Of a DNA stretch of 64,000 bases, positions 1 through 8,905 are shown piece after piece. This stretch comes from Acidobacteriota bacterium (lineage in GTDB: Bacteria > Acidobacteriota > UBA6911 > RPQK01 > JADFOI01), in contig OY760074.1 in NCBI GenBank assembly GCA_963663035.1, forward strand, positions 1,120,001 to 1,184,000, in the 5' to 3' direction. Below the pieces are notes generated by a model. The model was given only the letters and a program-made list of their open reading frames with translations, made no database searches and was not told the origin of the DNA. The translations under genes were made by a program, and so were the position numbers. The first letter of the stretch is position 1, and every line of letters begins with the position of its first letter.

Positions 1-2
1 AT

Positions 3-926
3 GCCGAAACGGGTAAGGAGATCTGGGGAACACCGTTGGATCCAGAGGCGGCAACGAATGTGAGCCACATTTCCGCCTCCCCAATTGTCTATCAGGGTAA
101 GGTCTTCATTGGAGTTGCTTCTGGACTGGGCCAGATCGCCTGTTTGGATGCCGGGACAGGTGCGGTGCGCTGGCGCTTTTACACGGTGCCGGGTACCCCT
201 ACAGGGGGAGGATCGGTGTGGACGGCGGCGGCCATCGATAAAGAGTACAACATCGTCTACAATGTCACCGGGAACCCCAAGGCTTTTCCCCCAGGCCCAA
301 TTCTCTTTACTGAAAGTGTTCTGGCCAACGATCTCGATTCCGGAGAGTTGCTCTGGTACCATCAGGTGCGCCCCCGAGATCCTTTTGATCTTGACTTCAA
401 TACTCATCCATTGCTGTTCGAAACCTCACATCCTTCTCATCGTGGAAGCACCCAAAGATACTGTCTTGGCACCGGTAACAAATCCGGTGGATTTCACGTC
501 TTCGATCGCTACACGGGCACACCCTATTGGGATGCCATGTTGACCGATAGCAGAACTTCCATCAACGCGACCGCATTTGCCTACAATAAGATTTTCCTGA
601 CGTCGAACTCTTCTGGTGGAAATCGCATAGCTCGGTCGGTGACCGTGGCCCTGCACCCATACACGGGAGATGTTCTGTGGTGGACTCCCAACGCCTCCGC
701 TAGTGGGACCACCCTCGCTGTGGCCAACCGCCTGCTCTACCAGGGTCTGACAGATGGCACTCTCCAGGTCCTTGATGTGGAGACAGGCAACGTTCTCTGG
801 ACTCACCAGTCACCCGGGGCCCGCAGTGGTGGTCTCTCGGTGTCCAACGGCACCCTCTACACAAGCGTTGGAGGGACGGGCAGGCCTCCCAATGTGCTTT
901 ATGCTTTTAGCATCGATGGGAGATAA
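3..926 (+). CDS. PQQ-binding-like beta-propeller protein (quinoprotein/PVA-dehydrogenase-like), 5' partial
   Basis: The frame is open from the window start (AETGKEIWGTPLD...). It carries repeated LD/AxTGxxxW beta-propeller motifs plus GGSVW, VTGN and DLDF motifs of PQQ-type dehydrogenases. Confidence 0.75.
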   Translation, partial: AETGKEIWGTPLDPEAATNVSHISASPIVYQGKVFIGVASGLGQIACLDAGTGAVRWRFYTVPGTPTGGGSVWTAAAIDKEYNIVYNVTGNPKAFPPGPILFTESVLANDLDSGELLWYHQVRPRDPFDLDFNTHPLLFETSHPSHRGSTQRYCLGTGNKSGGFHVFDRYTGTPYWDAMLTDSRTSINATAFAYNKIFLTSNSSGGNRIARSVTVALHPYTGDVLWWTPNASASGTTLAVANRLLYQGLTDGTLQVLDVETGNVLWTHQSPGARSGGLSVSNGTLYTSVGGTGRPPNVLYAFSIDGR

Positions 927-948
927 ATTCGCCGGCTAAGGAGAAAAT

Positions 949-1530
949 ATGCGCAATCCCAATGAGAAAATCAGCCGCAGGAATCTTCTGAGAGGTCTGG
1001 CAAGCAGTGCCCTGCTTCTGAGCAACGCCCGGCTGTTGGGCCAGGATACAGTGCCGAGGATAAGCATTACCCTCAGTTATGCAATAGGACTCTGGTATTT
1101 CAACCCGGTAGGCTTGTATCTGGAAAAGGGACAAACCGCCGAGTGGATGGCCACACGGTGGGGGCCGACGGTAACGGCCTTCCACCCTTCCAATGGTAAT
1201 CAGGAACTGCGCATTCCGGAAGCGGCTGAGCCTTTTGACTCGGGGGTTCTAGCGCGAGAGGATACCTTCCGCTGGACCTTTGATGTGGAAGGGACATACG
1301 ACTACTTCAGTAAAAACCACTTGGGGATGGGCGTGGTGGGCCGGATCGTCGTGGGGAATCCAGGCGGACCGGGTGAGATGCCGCCGCGCTATGGAGGCGC
1401 TCAGGGGAGGGCTCCCATCTATCCGCGAGCCATGCCGGTTTTTGACTTTCTCGATTCCCAGGAAATCGTGCGCCAGAAAACCGTTTCCTTTCCTACCGAT
1501 AGGCTGGGACAGAGTTATCCAGAATACTGA
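949..1530 (+). CDS. Tat-exported plastocyanin/halocyanin-like cupredoxin with a degenerate type-1 copper site
   Basis: SRRNLL twin-arginine signal; FNPVGL, RIPEAAEPFDSG and TFDVEGTYDYF..H...G..GRIVV cupredoxin motifs; RBS AAGGAG upstream. Confidence 0.75.
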   Translation: MRNPNEKISRRNLLRGLASSALLLSNARLLGQDTVPRISITLSYAIGLWYFNPVGLYLEKGQTAEWMATRWGPTVTAFHPSNGNQELRIPEAAEPFDSGVLAREDTFRWTFDVEGTYDYFSKNHLGMGVVGRIVVGNPGGPGEMPPRYGGAQGRAPIYPRAMPVFDFLDSQEIVRQKTVSFPTDRLGQSYPEY

Positions 1531-1610
1531 CGGGGTTTAGCCGGGACTATCCATAAGTTCTCTACTGCAGTGCCCCAAACATCCACGCTGACTGCTTTGT
1601 GCGACCCGCA

Positions 1611-2990
1611 GAGCTACCCTCAAAAGGTGTGTAAATAGCACAGGCGGTGATTATCCTTCCGGGTGAAAATAAAAACCCGGGCGGAAGAGCCCGAAAGGAA
1701 GGAGTCACACCGCCATGAGCAAGAAGAACATTGATCACAGTGTGGAGTCAAGAGTCTGCTTTGAACAGCTGGAAGAGTGGGTGCGAGAGCAGATCCAGTT
1801 TTACGTACAGGAACTGCTGGAGGATGAAGTGACACAGCTGCTGGGACGAAGAAAGAATGAGCGTCGCCGAGAAGTGGACGCCTCCGGTGGCTATCGCAAC
1901 GGCTACGGCAAGGAGCGGCGACTGACGATGAGTTGCGGAACGATCAAGCTGCGGCGTCCCCGAGTGCGGGATCTGGAAGAGCGTTTTGAGAGCCGGGTCT
2001 TGCCGCTGTTTGCCAAGCGAACGCGAGAGGTACGAGACTTGATTCCAGAACTCTATTTACATGGTCTGGCCGAGGGGGATTTCGATCTGGCCTTGAGAGG
2101 GCTTTTAGGGGAAGAAGCGCCGCTGTCCCCCAGCACCGTAGCCCGGTTGAAACAGAAGTGGCAGGGAGAAATGGAGGCCTGGCAGAGCCGTCGGCTGGAT
2201 GATCTGGAAGTCGTGTATTTGTGGGCGGACGGCGTGTACATCAAAGCAGGGCTGGAGAAGGAGAAGGCCGTGATTCTGGTAGTGATCGCCGCTTTAAGTG
2301 ATGGCACTAAAGTGGTGGTGTCCGTCAGTAGTGGTTATCGAGAATCGACCCAGAGCTGGTCCGCAGTGCTGCGGGATCTCAAAGAGCGGGGGATGAACCC
2401 ACCCCGTCTGGTGATCGCTGACGGGCATCTGGGGATCTGGGGAGCGTTGCGCAACGTGTTCCCAGAAGCCGACGAGCAGAGATGCTGGAATCATCGCATC
2501 GTCAACTTGCTGGCCAAGATCCCCAAGAGTCGGCACAAAGCGGCCTTGTTGATGTTGCGGCAGATCCCTTATGCAGAAACACGGCAGGAAGCCGAGCGAG
2601 TCAAAGGACGATTCCAACATTGGTGTAGCAAGAGAGGCCTGGAGGCAGCGGCTGATCTGATCGACCAGGACTGGGAGCGGATGGTGACGTTTTACAACTA
2701 TCCCAAACAGCAGTGGCAACATCTGCGGACTACCAACCCAGTGGAGTCTCCCTTCTCTGCTCTGCGACTGCGAACCGATGCTGCTCGAAGGTTCAAGAAA
2801 GTGGCCAACGCACGGGCTGTCATCTGGAAGATGCTGCTGGTCGCTGAGAAGAGATTTCGCCGTTTGAAGGCTCCCCACTTGATGAAGGATGTCTACCAAG
2901 GAGCCCAATATGTCAATGGAGTTCCAGTCAACCCAGTCACCCAGGAGAAAGCCGCCTGATGTCTATTTACACACTTATTGACGGAACCTC
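1611..2990 (+). mobile_element. Complete IS256-family insertion sequence (1380 bp)
   Basis: Imperfect 28-bp terminal IRs (GAGCTACCCTCAAAAGGTGTGTAAATAG; right end reverse-complemented GAGGTTCCGTCAATAAGTGTGTAAATAG). 9-bp target duplication CGACCCGCA at 1602-1610 and 2991-2999. Confidence 0.95.
1715..2959 (+). CDS. IS256-family (Mutator-type) DDE transposase
   Basis: YRNGY, YLWADG, IADGHLG, QRCWNH and RTTNPVES motifs. Confidence 0.95.
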   Translation: MSKKNIDHSVESRVCFEQLEEWVREQIQFYVQELLEDEVTQLLGRRKNERRREVDASGGYRNGYGKERRLTMSCGTIKLRRPRVRDLEERFESRVLPLFAKRTREVRDLIPELYLHGLAEGDFDLALRGLLGEEAPLSPSTVARLKQKWQGEMEAWQSRRLDDLEVVYLWADGVYIKAGLEKEKAVILVVIAALSDGTKVVVSVSSGYRESTQSWSAVLRDLKERGMNPPRLVIADGHLGIWGALRNVFPEADEQRCWNHRIVNLLAKIPKSRHKAALLMLRQIPYAETRQEAERVKGRFQHWCSKRGLEAAADLIDQDWERMVTFYNYPKQQWQHLRTTNPVESPFSALRLRTDAARRFKKVANARAVIWKMLLVAEKRFRRLKAPHLMKDVYQGAQYVNGVPVNPVTQEKAA

Positions 2991-3155
2991 CGACCCGCAA
3001 GCGGGTACCCCTTGAGCTCCTCAGCGCACTACATGAGTATGCCTGCGGGGGGGGGGCCGACCCGCGGGGCAAGCGGGTGCCCTCGCACGCCTTGTCATCG
3101 CGGCGCCTGCGGCACTTCGTCACGAAAACCTATGGATAGACTCGGCTAGGGGGGG

Positions 3156-3183
3156 AGCCGCCAGGTTATTACACCTGACGGCT
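3156..3183 (-). terminator. Hairpin downstream of TonB-dependent receptor 1 (putative terminator or REP-like)
   Basis: AGCCGCCAGGT-N6-ACCTGACGGCT, with a near-identical hairpin at 6826-6853. A second hairpin GGCAGCTCGAGCTGCC lies at ~3193-3208. Confidence 0.45.
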
Positions 3184-3221
3184 TGCAAAGCGGGCAGCTC
3201 GAGCTGCCTTCTTGAGTTTCC

Positions 3222-6200
3222 TTAAAAGATAAGCTTGAGACCTAATTGGACTTGGCGAGCGGAAGCTCCCCCGCTGACTCGACCAAAGGAGCTTGAGATC
3301 CTTCCACTTCCGGTGAGGATGCTCCCGCTGGGGTTGCCAAAATTCACTCGATTCATCATGTTGAAGAACTCGCCTCGGAACTGGATACGGGTCTCTTCGG
3401 CCAGGGCAAAGTCCCTCTTCAGGGAAAAGTCCACATTAAAGTAGCCGGGACCGACCCCGACGTTTCTACCCAGATTGCCGAGTGTGCCTGCCTGTTGCCG
3501 TTCAAAAGAGTCACTGCTCCAGTAAAATCTGCTCTGTTCCCAGCCATCCAGGACGGGATTGTGATCCTTTCCTGGAATGAGATCCGGAGCTTGCTCGGTG
3601 CCTCGGGAAACGCCTATCTGCGCCTGGTCCAGGCTGCCGCTGGCGGTGATATTCCTGGCACTCCCGCTTGAGGCCGTAACAATACCGCCCACTGACCAAC
3701 CGCCCAGGAAATGGAGAGCTGGTCCTGAGATTTGGCCGGTTGGAATATCAGCCGTGAAGTTGGTCGTGAAATTGTGCTTCACATGAAATCCTGAAAGACC
3801 CTTGCTGCGAACCTGGTCAAAGGGGTCCTGAGTGGCCGCGGCTGAACCACCTACATCACCTCCCGCAATACCCGAGGTAAAGTCGAGATTCCTGGAAAAG
3901 GTATAGTTGGCCTGCAATGAATATCCCCCGCCGAACCGCTTGCTGAAGCGGGTCTGAAGGGAGTTGTACCAGCTATTGCCATCCCAGTTTCTGTATTCCA
4001 TATCGATGAAGTTGGGATTGATAAACTCTCCACCGTCTGGATAGGCTGCACTGCTCGCGAGCGGCCAATACTTCATTCCAGAGGCCAGCGTGGACTCGTC
4101 AAATCCAGCCGTATTGGGGTCATCGGCGCAGGGGCAAGTCGCAAAAGTGTGGCTGTTGGTACTCTTCAGTCGCCCCAGCTTCGTCCCTCGATTGCCCGCG
4201 TAGCTGACGGAGAAGACGGAGTCGCTGGTCAGCTGGTGCTGGATGGTGAAATGGAACTGCATCAGGTAGGGCGTAGGCCCGCTAAATTCCATGGGAGCCA
4301 TGGTGCCTGCCAGCTCCTCATCGAGTCCCTCGTTCAGAAAGTTCGTATAGGCATTGGGGAAGAAGCCGGTGGGGTCGGCTAAGTCTGCAGGGTATAACAC
4401 AAACCTCTTGAAGAAGGGCATGTTCTGATAGCCCTGGAGCCACCAGTTAGCACTGGTATGGGGCTGGAAGAAGATCCCATATCCCGAGCGAATAGAGGTC
4501 TCGCCTGTTCCCAGGGGATCCCAGGCAAAACCAATGCGGGGGCCGATGTTGGTCCAGGAGGTGTTTTCAAACCAGGGTTCCCCGGCGGCCTGGTCGGGAA
4601 TATAGGGGTCGATGTCAGTCAACTCATTCTTGACGTTGGCGATCCGATTCCCCACTTCTGTGGGTACGTTCAAGACCTCCCAGCGCACGCCTCCATTTAA
4701 GGTCAAGCCTGGCCTGAGCTTGAAGTCGTCCTGAATAAAGGTGCTCACCATCGTTTGCCGGTATCCCCGGATGGAACTGCCCGCCCCCACCGGGTTCAGG
4801 AACTCGAAACGGGTGGGATCGGCGTCCAGGAACCTTTCCAGTCCTCGAAATGCCATTCGGCCATGAAGGCGGGAACCGGAGAGCCCGTTGAGGTGGGTGC
4901 GCGAAACTTTTCCGCCAAACTTGATCGAATGTCGACCGACTGTGTAGGACACCGTGTCGGCGTACTCGAAAAGATTCAAGATGGAAAGGCGGTCTCCTCC
5001 GCCGGCAGCGTCAGTTCCAATCCTTGAGACAGTGTTGCCGGAAATCTGACCGAATAACCGATCGGGCAGAAAATTCAAAGCGGAGATGCCTTCGTTTTTC
5101 TGGTTATTGGGCAGTCCCCCAAAGGACCGGTTGAAGGAGGCGCTGGCGGAATTGAACAGGCTGGGTGACAGGATCCTACGCCAGGTGGTGTTAAAGAGCT
5201 GGCGGCGGGTATCAGGATGCCGCTCCCAGCGAGCCACATCCCCCCCTGAATAATACAGCTCCGCTACGGCATCGTCGACAGAATACCGAACGTCTATCGA
5301 GTCCGTATCCGAAAAGGTGTGATCCACCTTGGCCAGAAAGTAATTCTCCCGCGTGGGGTCTGAAGTCGCGAAGTTAAAGTCGGCCGTCCCATCACCGAGA
5401 TCAATGCCATTGGGTACATCATACAGGGCCAGATAGGGTCGTACCGCATCGGCAATGGGATAGATGCGCCCTTCGTCTACAATGATAGTTTCGTTACGCG
5501 CAGCATTGCTTAAAGTACGGACTGTCCGCGACCTGCCCAGCACCTGCCGAAGGCCTTCGTAGCTTCCGAAGAAGAAGGTTTGATCCGTTACGATGGGGCC
5601 GCCAACGGTGAATCCGAACTGGTGGCGCCGGAACTCCGGTTGTTCTGCATTTGCGATTTTGGCGTTGTAATCGACAGCATCCAGGTTGTCGTTGCGGTGA
5701 AACCAGAACACGGAACCATGGATATTATTGGTCCCCGATTTGGTGACGGCACTGATAACGCCGCCCGCTCCAGCGAATTCAGCACTGTAGGCATTGGTGA
5801 GAACTGAGAATTCGCGGACGGTCTCCACTCCCAAAACCGTGCCGGCGGCACTGCCCGGAGTGTTTCCAAAGGCGTCCTTGGCGTTCTGCCCGTCCAGGAT
5901 ATAGGCGTTCTGTTTGGGACGCGCTCCCCCAATCGAGGCTCGAGTCCCTCCTCCTGATATCGGATTGAAATTCGTGTTCCGGTGGCCGTTGCGGACCATG
6001 GCTCCCGCCTGCAGAAGTGCCAGATCGGTGAAGCTGCGCCCATTCAAGGGCAGCTCGGTAATGGTTCTTTGCTCGACCAGATCGGCCAGCACAGACTGGG
6101 TCGTCTCCACCAGTGGAGCCTCGCCTGTGACCGTCACTCTCTCGGCGATTTCTCCAACCCTGAGAATCATCTGGACGACTGCTTCTCTTCCCAGCGTCAG

Positions 6201-6479
6201 CTGGATTCCAGTTCTGACGGCGGTCTGAAAGCCGGGTAGGGAAGCCTCTATTTCGTAATTTCCCAAACTCACATCGAGCGCAATGTAACTTCCCTCATCA
6301 TTGCTCAACACTGACCGGCTTATTCCGGTGTCCAGATTGGTCACGGTAACTTCAACACCGGGAAGGAGTGCCCCGGTCTCATCGGCGATCGTTCCCGAGA
6401 TGGTGGCACGTGTCTGTGCCCAGGCCATACTCGAAGCCAGAAGCAATACAGCTACGAAAATAAAGTTTCTTTTCCACAT
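3222..6479 (-). CDS. TonB-dependent receptor (Oar-like, N-terminal carboxypeptidase-regulatory domain), paralog 1
   Basis: Signal peptide from ATG 6479 (MWKRN..., matching the paralog 2 start); ELPLNGRSF, TKSGTN and QFGFTVGGP motifs; C-terminal RQVQLGLKLIF. Confidence 0.92.
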   Translation of the reverse strand: MWKRNFIFVAVLLLASSMAWAQTRATISGTIADETGALLPGVEVTVTNLDTGISRSVLSNDEGSYIALDVSLGNYEIEASLPGFQTAVRTGIQLTLGREAVVQMILRVGEIAERVTVTGEAPLVETTQSVLADLVEQRTITELPLNGRSFTDLALLQAGAMVRNGHRNTNFNPISGGGTRASIGGARPKQNAYILDGQNAKDAFGNTPGSAAGTVLGVETVREFSVLTNAYSAEFAGAGGVISAVTKSGTNNIHGSVFWFHRNDNLDAVDYNAKIANAEQPEFRRHQFGFTVGGPIVTDQTFFFGSYEGLRQVLGRSRTVRTLSNAARNETIIVDEGRIYPIADAVRPYLALYDVPNGIDLGDGTADFNFATSDPTRENYFLAKVDHTFSDTDSIDVRYSVDDAVAELYYSGGDVARWERHPDTRRQLFNTTWRRILSPSLFNSASASFNRSFGGLPNNQKNEGISALNFLPDRLFGQISGNTVSRIGTDAAGGGDRLSILNLFEYADTVSYTVGRHSIKFGGKVSRTHLNGLSGSRLHGRMAFRGLERFLDADPTRFEFLNPVGAGSSIRGYRQTMVSTFIQDDFKLRPGLTLNGGVRWEVLNVPTEVGNRIANVKNELTDIDPYIPDQAAGEPWFENTSWTNIGPRIGFAWDPLGTGETSIRSGYGIFFQPHTSANWWLQGYQNMPFFKRFVLYPADLADPTGFFPNAYTNFLNEGLDEELAGTMAPMEFSGPTPYLMQFHFTIQHQLTSDSVFSVSYAGNRGTKLGRLKSTNSHTFATCPCADDPNTAGFDESTLASGMKYWPLASSAAYPDGGEFINPNFIDMEYRNWDGNSWYNSLQTRFSKRFGGGYSLQANYTFSRNLDFTSGIAGGDVGGSAAATQDPFDQVRSKGLSGFHVKHNFTTNFTADIPTGQISGPALHFLGGWSVGGIVTASSGSARNITASGSLDQAQIGVSRGTEQAPDLIPGKDHNPVLDGWEQSRFYWSSDSFERQQAGTLGNLGRNVGVGPGYFNVDFSLKRDFALAEETRIQFRGEFFNMMNRVNFGNPSGSILTGSGRISSSFGRVSGGASARQVQLGLKLIF

Positions 6480-6674
6480 TGTTGTTAGCCCCCTTGATTT
6501 GACTGATGAATTGAGTGAGAAATGATTGATAAGTTTAGACATTTAATAAGTTTAAATATTCCTTCCAGTATCGAATAATCATAAGCACGAAATCAGAAAC
6601 TCTCAAATAACTTCTTGAAAAGTCAAGCTGCAATCTTAATCAATGTGCAACTCTAACCTGCTCAGCTTAACCCT

Positions 6675-6690
6675 TGCAATTCACTTGCCA
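6675..6690 (-). promoter_or_regulatory. Sigma-54 (-24/-12) promoter for TBDR paralog 1
   Basis: The minus strand reads TGGCAAGTGAATTGCA, with exact GG-N10-GC spacing. An identical copy precedes paralog 2. Confidence 0.75.
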
Positions 6691-6762
6691 TAGGGTAGAG
6701 TCACTCTATCCTGCATTGAATATGAACGAAACACACTACCTATAGATATCTCAACCGGCTGT

Positions 6763-6802
6763 GATCCAATAAATTGGATCCACCAATCTAATTTTTTGGA
6801 TT
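6763..6802. promoter_or_regulatory. Tandem palindromic enhancer-like sites (ATCCAA-N4-TTGGAT type)
   Basis: GATCCAATAAATTGGATC and AATCTAATTTTTTGGATT, ~75-110 bp upstream of the -24 box and conserved at 12481-12520. Confidence 0.55.
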
Positions 6803-6825
6803 TTCCCTTAGTGGGGGGTAGGGAA

Positions 6826-6853
6826 AGCCGCCAGGTTAGCACACCTGGCGGCT
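6826..6853 (-). terminator. Hairpin downstream of amidohydrolase 1
   Basis: AGCCGCCAGGT-N6-ACCTGGCGGCT, a perfect 11-bp stem 9 bp past the stop codon. Confidence 0.5.
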
Positions 6854-6862
6854 CCAGAAACT

Positions 6863-8809
6863 TTAGTTGTCTGCCTCTGCCAGGTATCGAGCGGTCACGT
6901 CCTCATCTGAAAAGTCGTAGACAGGTCCCACCTGGTCAATCCCAAACTGGCTGGCCAGGGATTCCTGTACCTGGACGATCTTTCCGCCCAACATGGTCAT
7001 GGGAGTGCGGACTTTCAAGATGTCATTCACCGGAACGGTAAAGTAGTCACGATCCAACACAATCACATCAGCGAGCTTGCCCTCTTCCAGTGTGCCGATC
7101 ATGTCCTCCTTCAGGACATACTCCGCTGCCCAGGAGGTCCACATCTTCATGGCATGGACTCGGTCAATGCGCTGTTCAGGCTGCCAGACCACGCCTCGGA
7201 ACTGGCGAGTCACCGCCCGCCACAGCTGGCCCATGGGTGGTGTGCCTCCATAACTTTGTCCGACCAGCTTGACACCCGAGTCAATCCAGGTCTTGAAGGG
7301 CAGGATAAAGGGCTGGATTTGTTCGCCGTAGTCTCGAATCCAGGCCGCGGAATCGCCGATGTAGCCGGGGCTGCAGCTCAAGATGATGCCGTAATCCTTC
7401 AAACCTTGAATGATCTCGGGTTGCTGTCCGATCACATTGCAGTGCTCGCCTGTCATTCTCATGTCACGCACCTGCTGCATCGTCCAGCCGTTGACTTCGC
7501 GGGCTTCATCGACCATCTGGAAGAAAGCTCGTGCACTTTGGCTGCCGCAGATGTGCACTCCCGCCAGCCGCCAGCCGGCGGCAGCGGCGTTTTCCAGTGT
7601 GTCCCAGGGCAGTTCCCCGGGTACCGGGCAGACTTCTCGAGCCTTGATGTTGGCTGGAGCGATGGTATCGGGTCCGGTGCACGATTCCGGGTAAATGGAA
7701 TCCCACCGCTCCGAGGCCACGCCGTCAATCCACAGGTAATCGTCTCCAATGCCCTGCAGCACACCTGTTCTGCGATAAATCTGACGGGTTTGCTGGGGAT
7801 CGGTGGGCATGCGATGGATCTCGTAGTGGGCAGCGAATCGAATCGGCATCTGACCGATACCGGCCAGGGTGGCATACCCGCTCATGATCTTGGGGAACTG
7901 AACCCGGCTGGAAAAGGTGGTCATTCCTTTGGTGGTGGCCTCTTCCGAGATGATCCGGATGGCCTCGGCCAGAGTGGCCAGAGGCACCTTTTCCAGAAAA
8001 AGCTCCCAGGTGATGACGGACATCTCCTGGCTGCCTACCCAGCCGATTTCGGCAATGTCCTCTCCAATGACGTCCCCGTGCATGGTTTCATGGATGGATT
8101 CTGAATATCCCGGGAAAAACTCATCCAGGATCTCCAGGGCCTTGGAGTTGATGTTGCCCCTGATCCCGGGTCTCATCAGCACCGGGTTGTCGGGTGACCA
8201 TTGATCGAGGGTCCTGCGGTTGGTCAAGCGTCGGGTCATGCCCCACAGGGTAAGATTCGACATATTATCGTCGGGATGACGCTGCATGGAAAGCACGATC
8301 CAGTCACCGGGATCCACCTCCTTGACCGCGTCCTGGAGGGCATCGCGCAGAATGCCCTGGGTTAGTTCCAGGTCGGTGGGATGTGCCTGGGCCGAGGTAA
8401 AATAAACTCCTTCGGGGGGATACTTGAAGCCCAACCGATCCAGGTGCTGTACGGCAGCGCCGTACATGTGGCTGTGGGGCTCAATAATGCCAGGCATCGC
8501 GGTCTTGCCCCTCAAATCCAAAATGACGGTGTCGGGTCCTGCCACGGCTCTCACCTGGGCGCTGGTTCCCAGCTTCATGATCTTTTCGCCTTTGACGGCC
8601 ATGGCCTCATAGACAGTCCCCACACTGGTTGAGCGGGAGACATCGTCCATGCTCACCACCTTGCCATTGACAAAGATGGTGTCGGCATAGCCGTGCTGGG
8701 CCACTTCGGGGGCCAGCTGAGCCTGCGCATCGATGACCTGGAGCAGGAAGAGTGTGCTGAAGGCCAGGATCAAGACAAGGATAGAATGAACTCGTGGATC
8801 GGTTTTCAT
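6863..8809 (-). CDS. Secreted amidohydrolase-3 (YtcJ-like) family protein, paralog 1
   Basis: Signal peptide; ADTIFVNGKV, DLRGKT.MPGIIEPHSH, EH and GTLEEGKLAD motifs. Confidence 0.85.
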   Translation of the reverse strand: MKTDPRVHSILVLILAFSTLFLLQVIDAQAQLAPEVAQHGYADTIFVNGKVVSMDDVSRSTSVGTVYEAMAVKGEKIMKLGTSAQVRAVAGPDTVILDLRGKTAMPGIIEPHSHMYGAAVQHLDRLGFKYPPEGVYFTSAQAHPTDLELTQGILRDALQDAVKEVDPGDWIVLSMQRHPDDNMSNLTLWGMTRRLTNRRTLDQWSPDNPVLMRPGIRGNINSKALEILDEFFPGYSESIHETMHGDVIGEDIAEIGWVGSQEMSVITWELFLEKVPLATLAEAIRIISEEATTKGMTTFSSRVQFPKIMSGYATLAGIGQMPIRFAAHYEIHRMPTDPQQTRQIYRRTGVLQGIGDDYLWIDGVASERWDSIYPESCTGPDTIAPANIKAREVCPVPGELPWDTLENAAAAGWRLAGVHICGSQSARAFFQMVDEAREVNGWTMQQVRDMRMTGEHCNVIGQQPEIIQGLKDYGIILSCSPGYIGDSAAWIRDYGEQIQPFILPFKTWIDSGVKLVGQSYGGTPPMGQLWRAVTRQFRGVVWQPEQRIDRVHAMKMWTSWAAEYVLKEDMIGTLEEGKLADVIVLDRDYFTVPVNDILKVRTPMTMLGGKIVQVQESLASQFGIDQVGPVYDFSDEDVTARYLAEADN

Positions 8810-8826
8810 GCGGTCCTCCCTAAGTA

Positions 8827-8864
8827 GAAGACGCTGCTCCGAGGGCTCTCAGAGCAGCGTCTTC
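8827..8864 (-). terminator. Hairpin between TBDR paralog 2 and amidohydrolase 1
   Basis: GAAGACGCTGCTC-N12-GAGCAGCGTCTTC, a perfect 13-bp stem with no clear U-tract. Confidence 0.45.
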
Positions 8865-8905
8865 GAGTTGTTAACTAGCAGTCGTCGTTCTTCTTCTCAG
8901 CGACC

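Larger units (their letters stand above)
1538..3148 (+). mobile_element. MITE family A copy 1, interrupted by IS256
   Basis: Terminal inverted repeats TAGCCGGGACTATCCATA / TATGGATAGACTCGGCTA. The body (1538-1610 plus 2991-3148) matches the other family A copies. Confidence 0.8.

Noticed and set aside
7154-8104. Long antisense ORFs (e.g. 7154-8104, 25120-25920, 41204-41986, 42647-43408)
   Set aside because: Shadow ORFs opposite well-supported genes, expected from codon bias.
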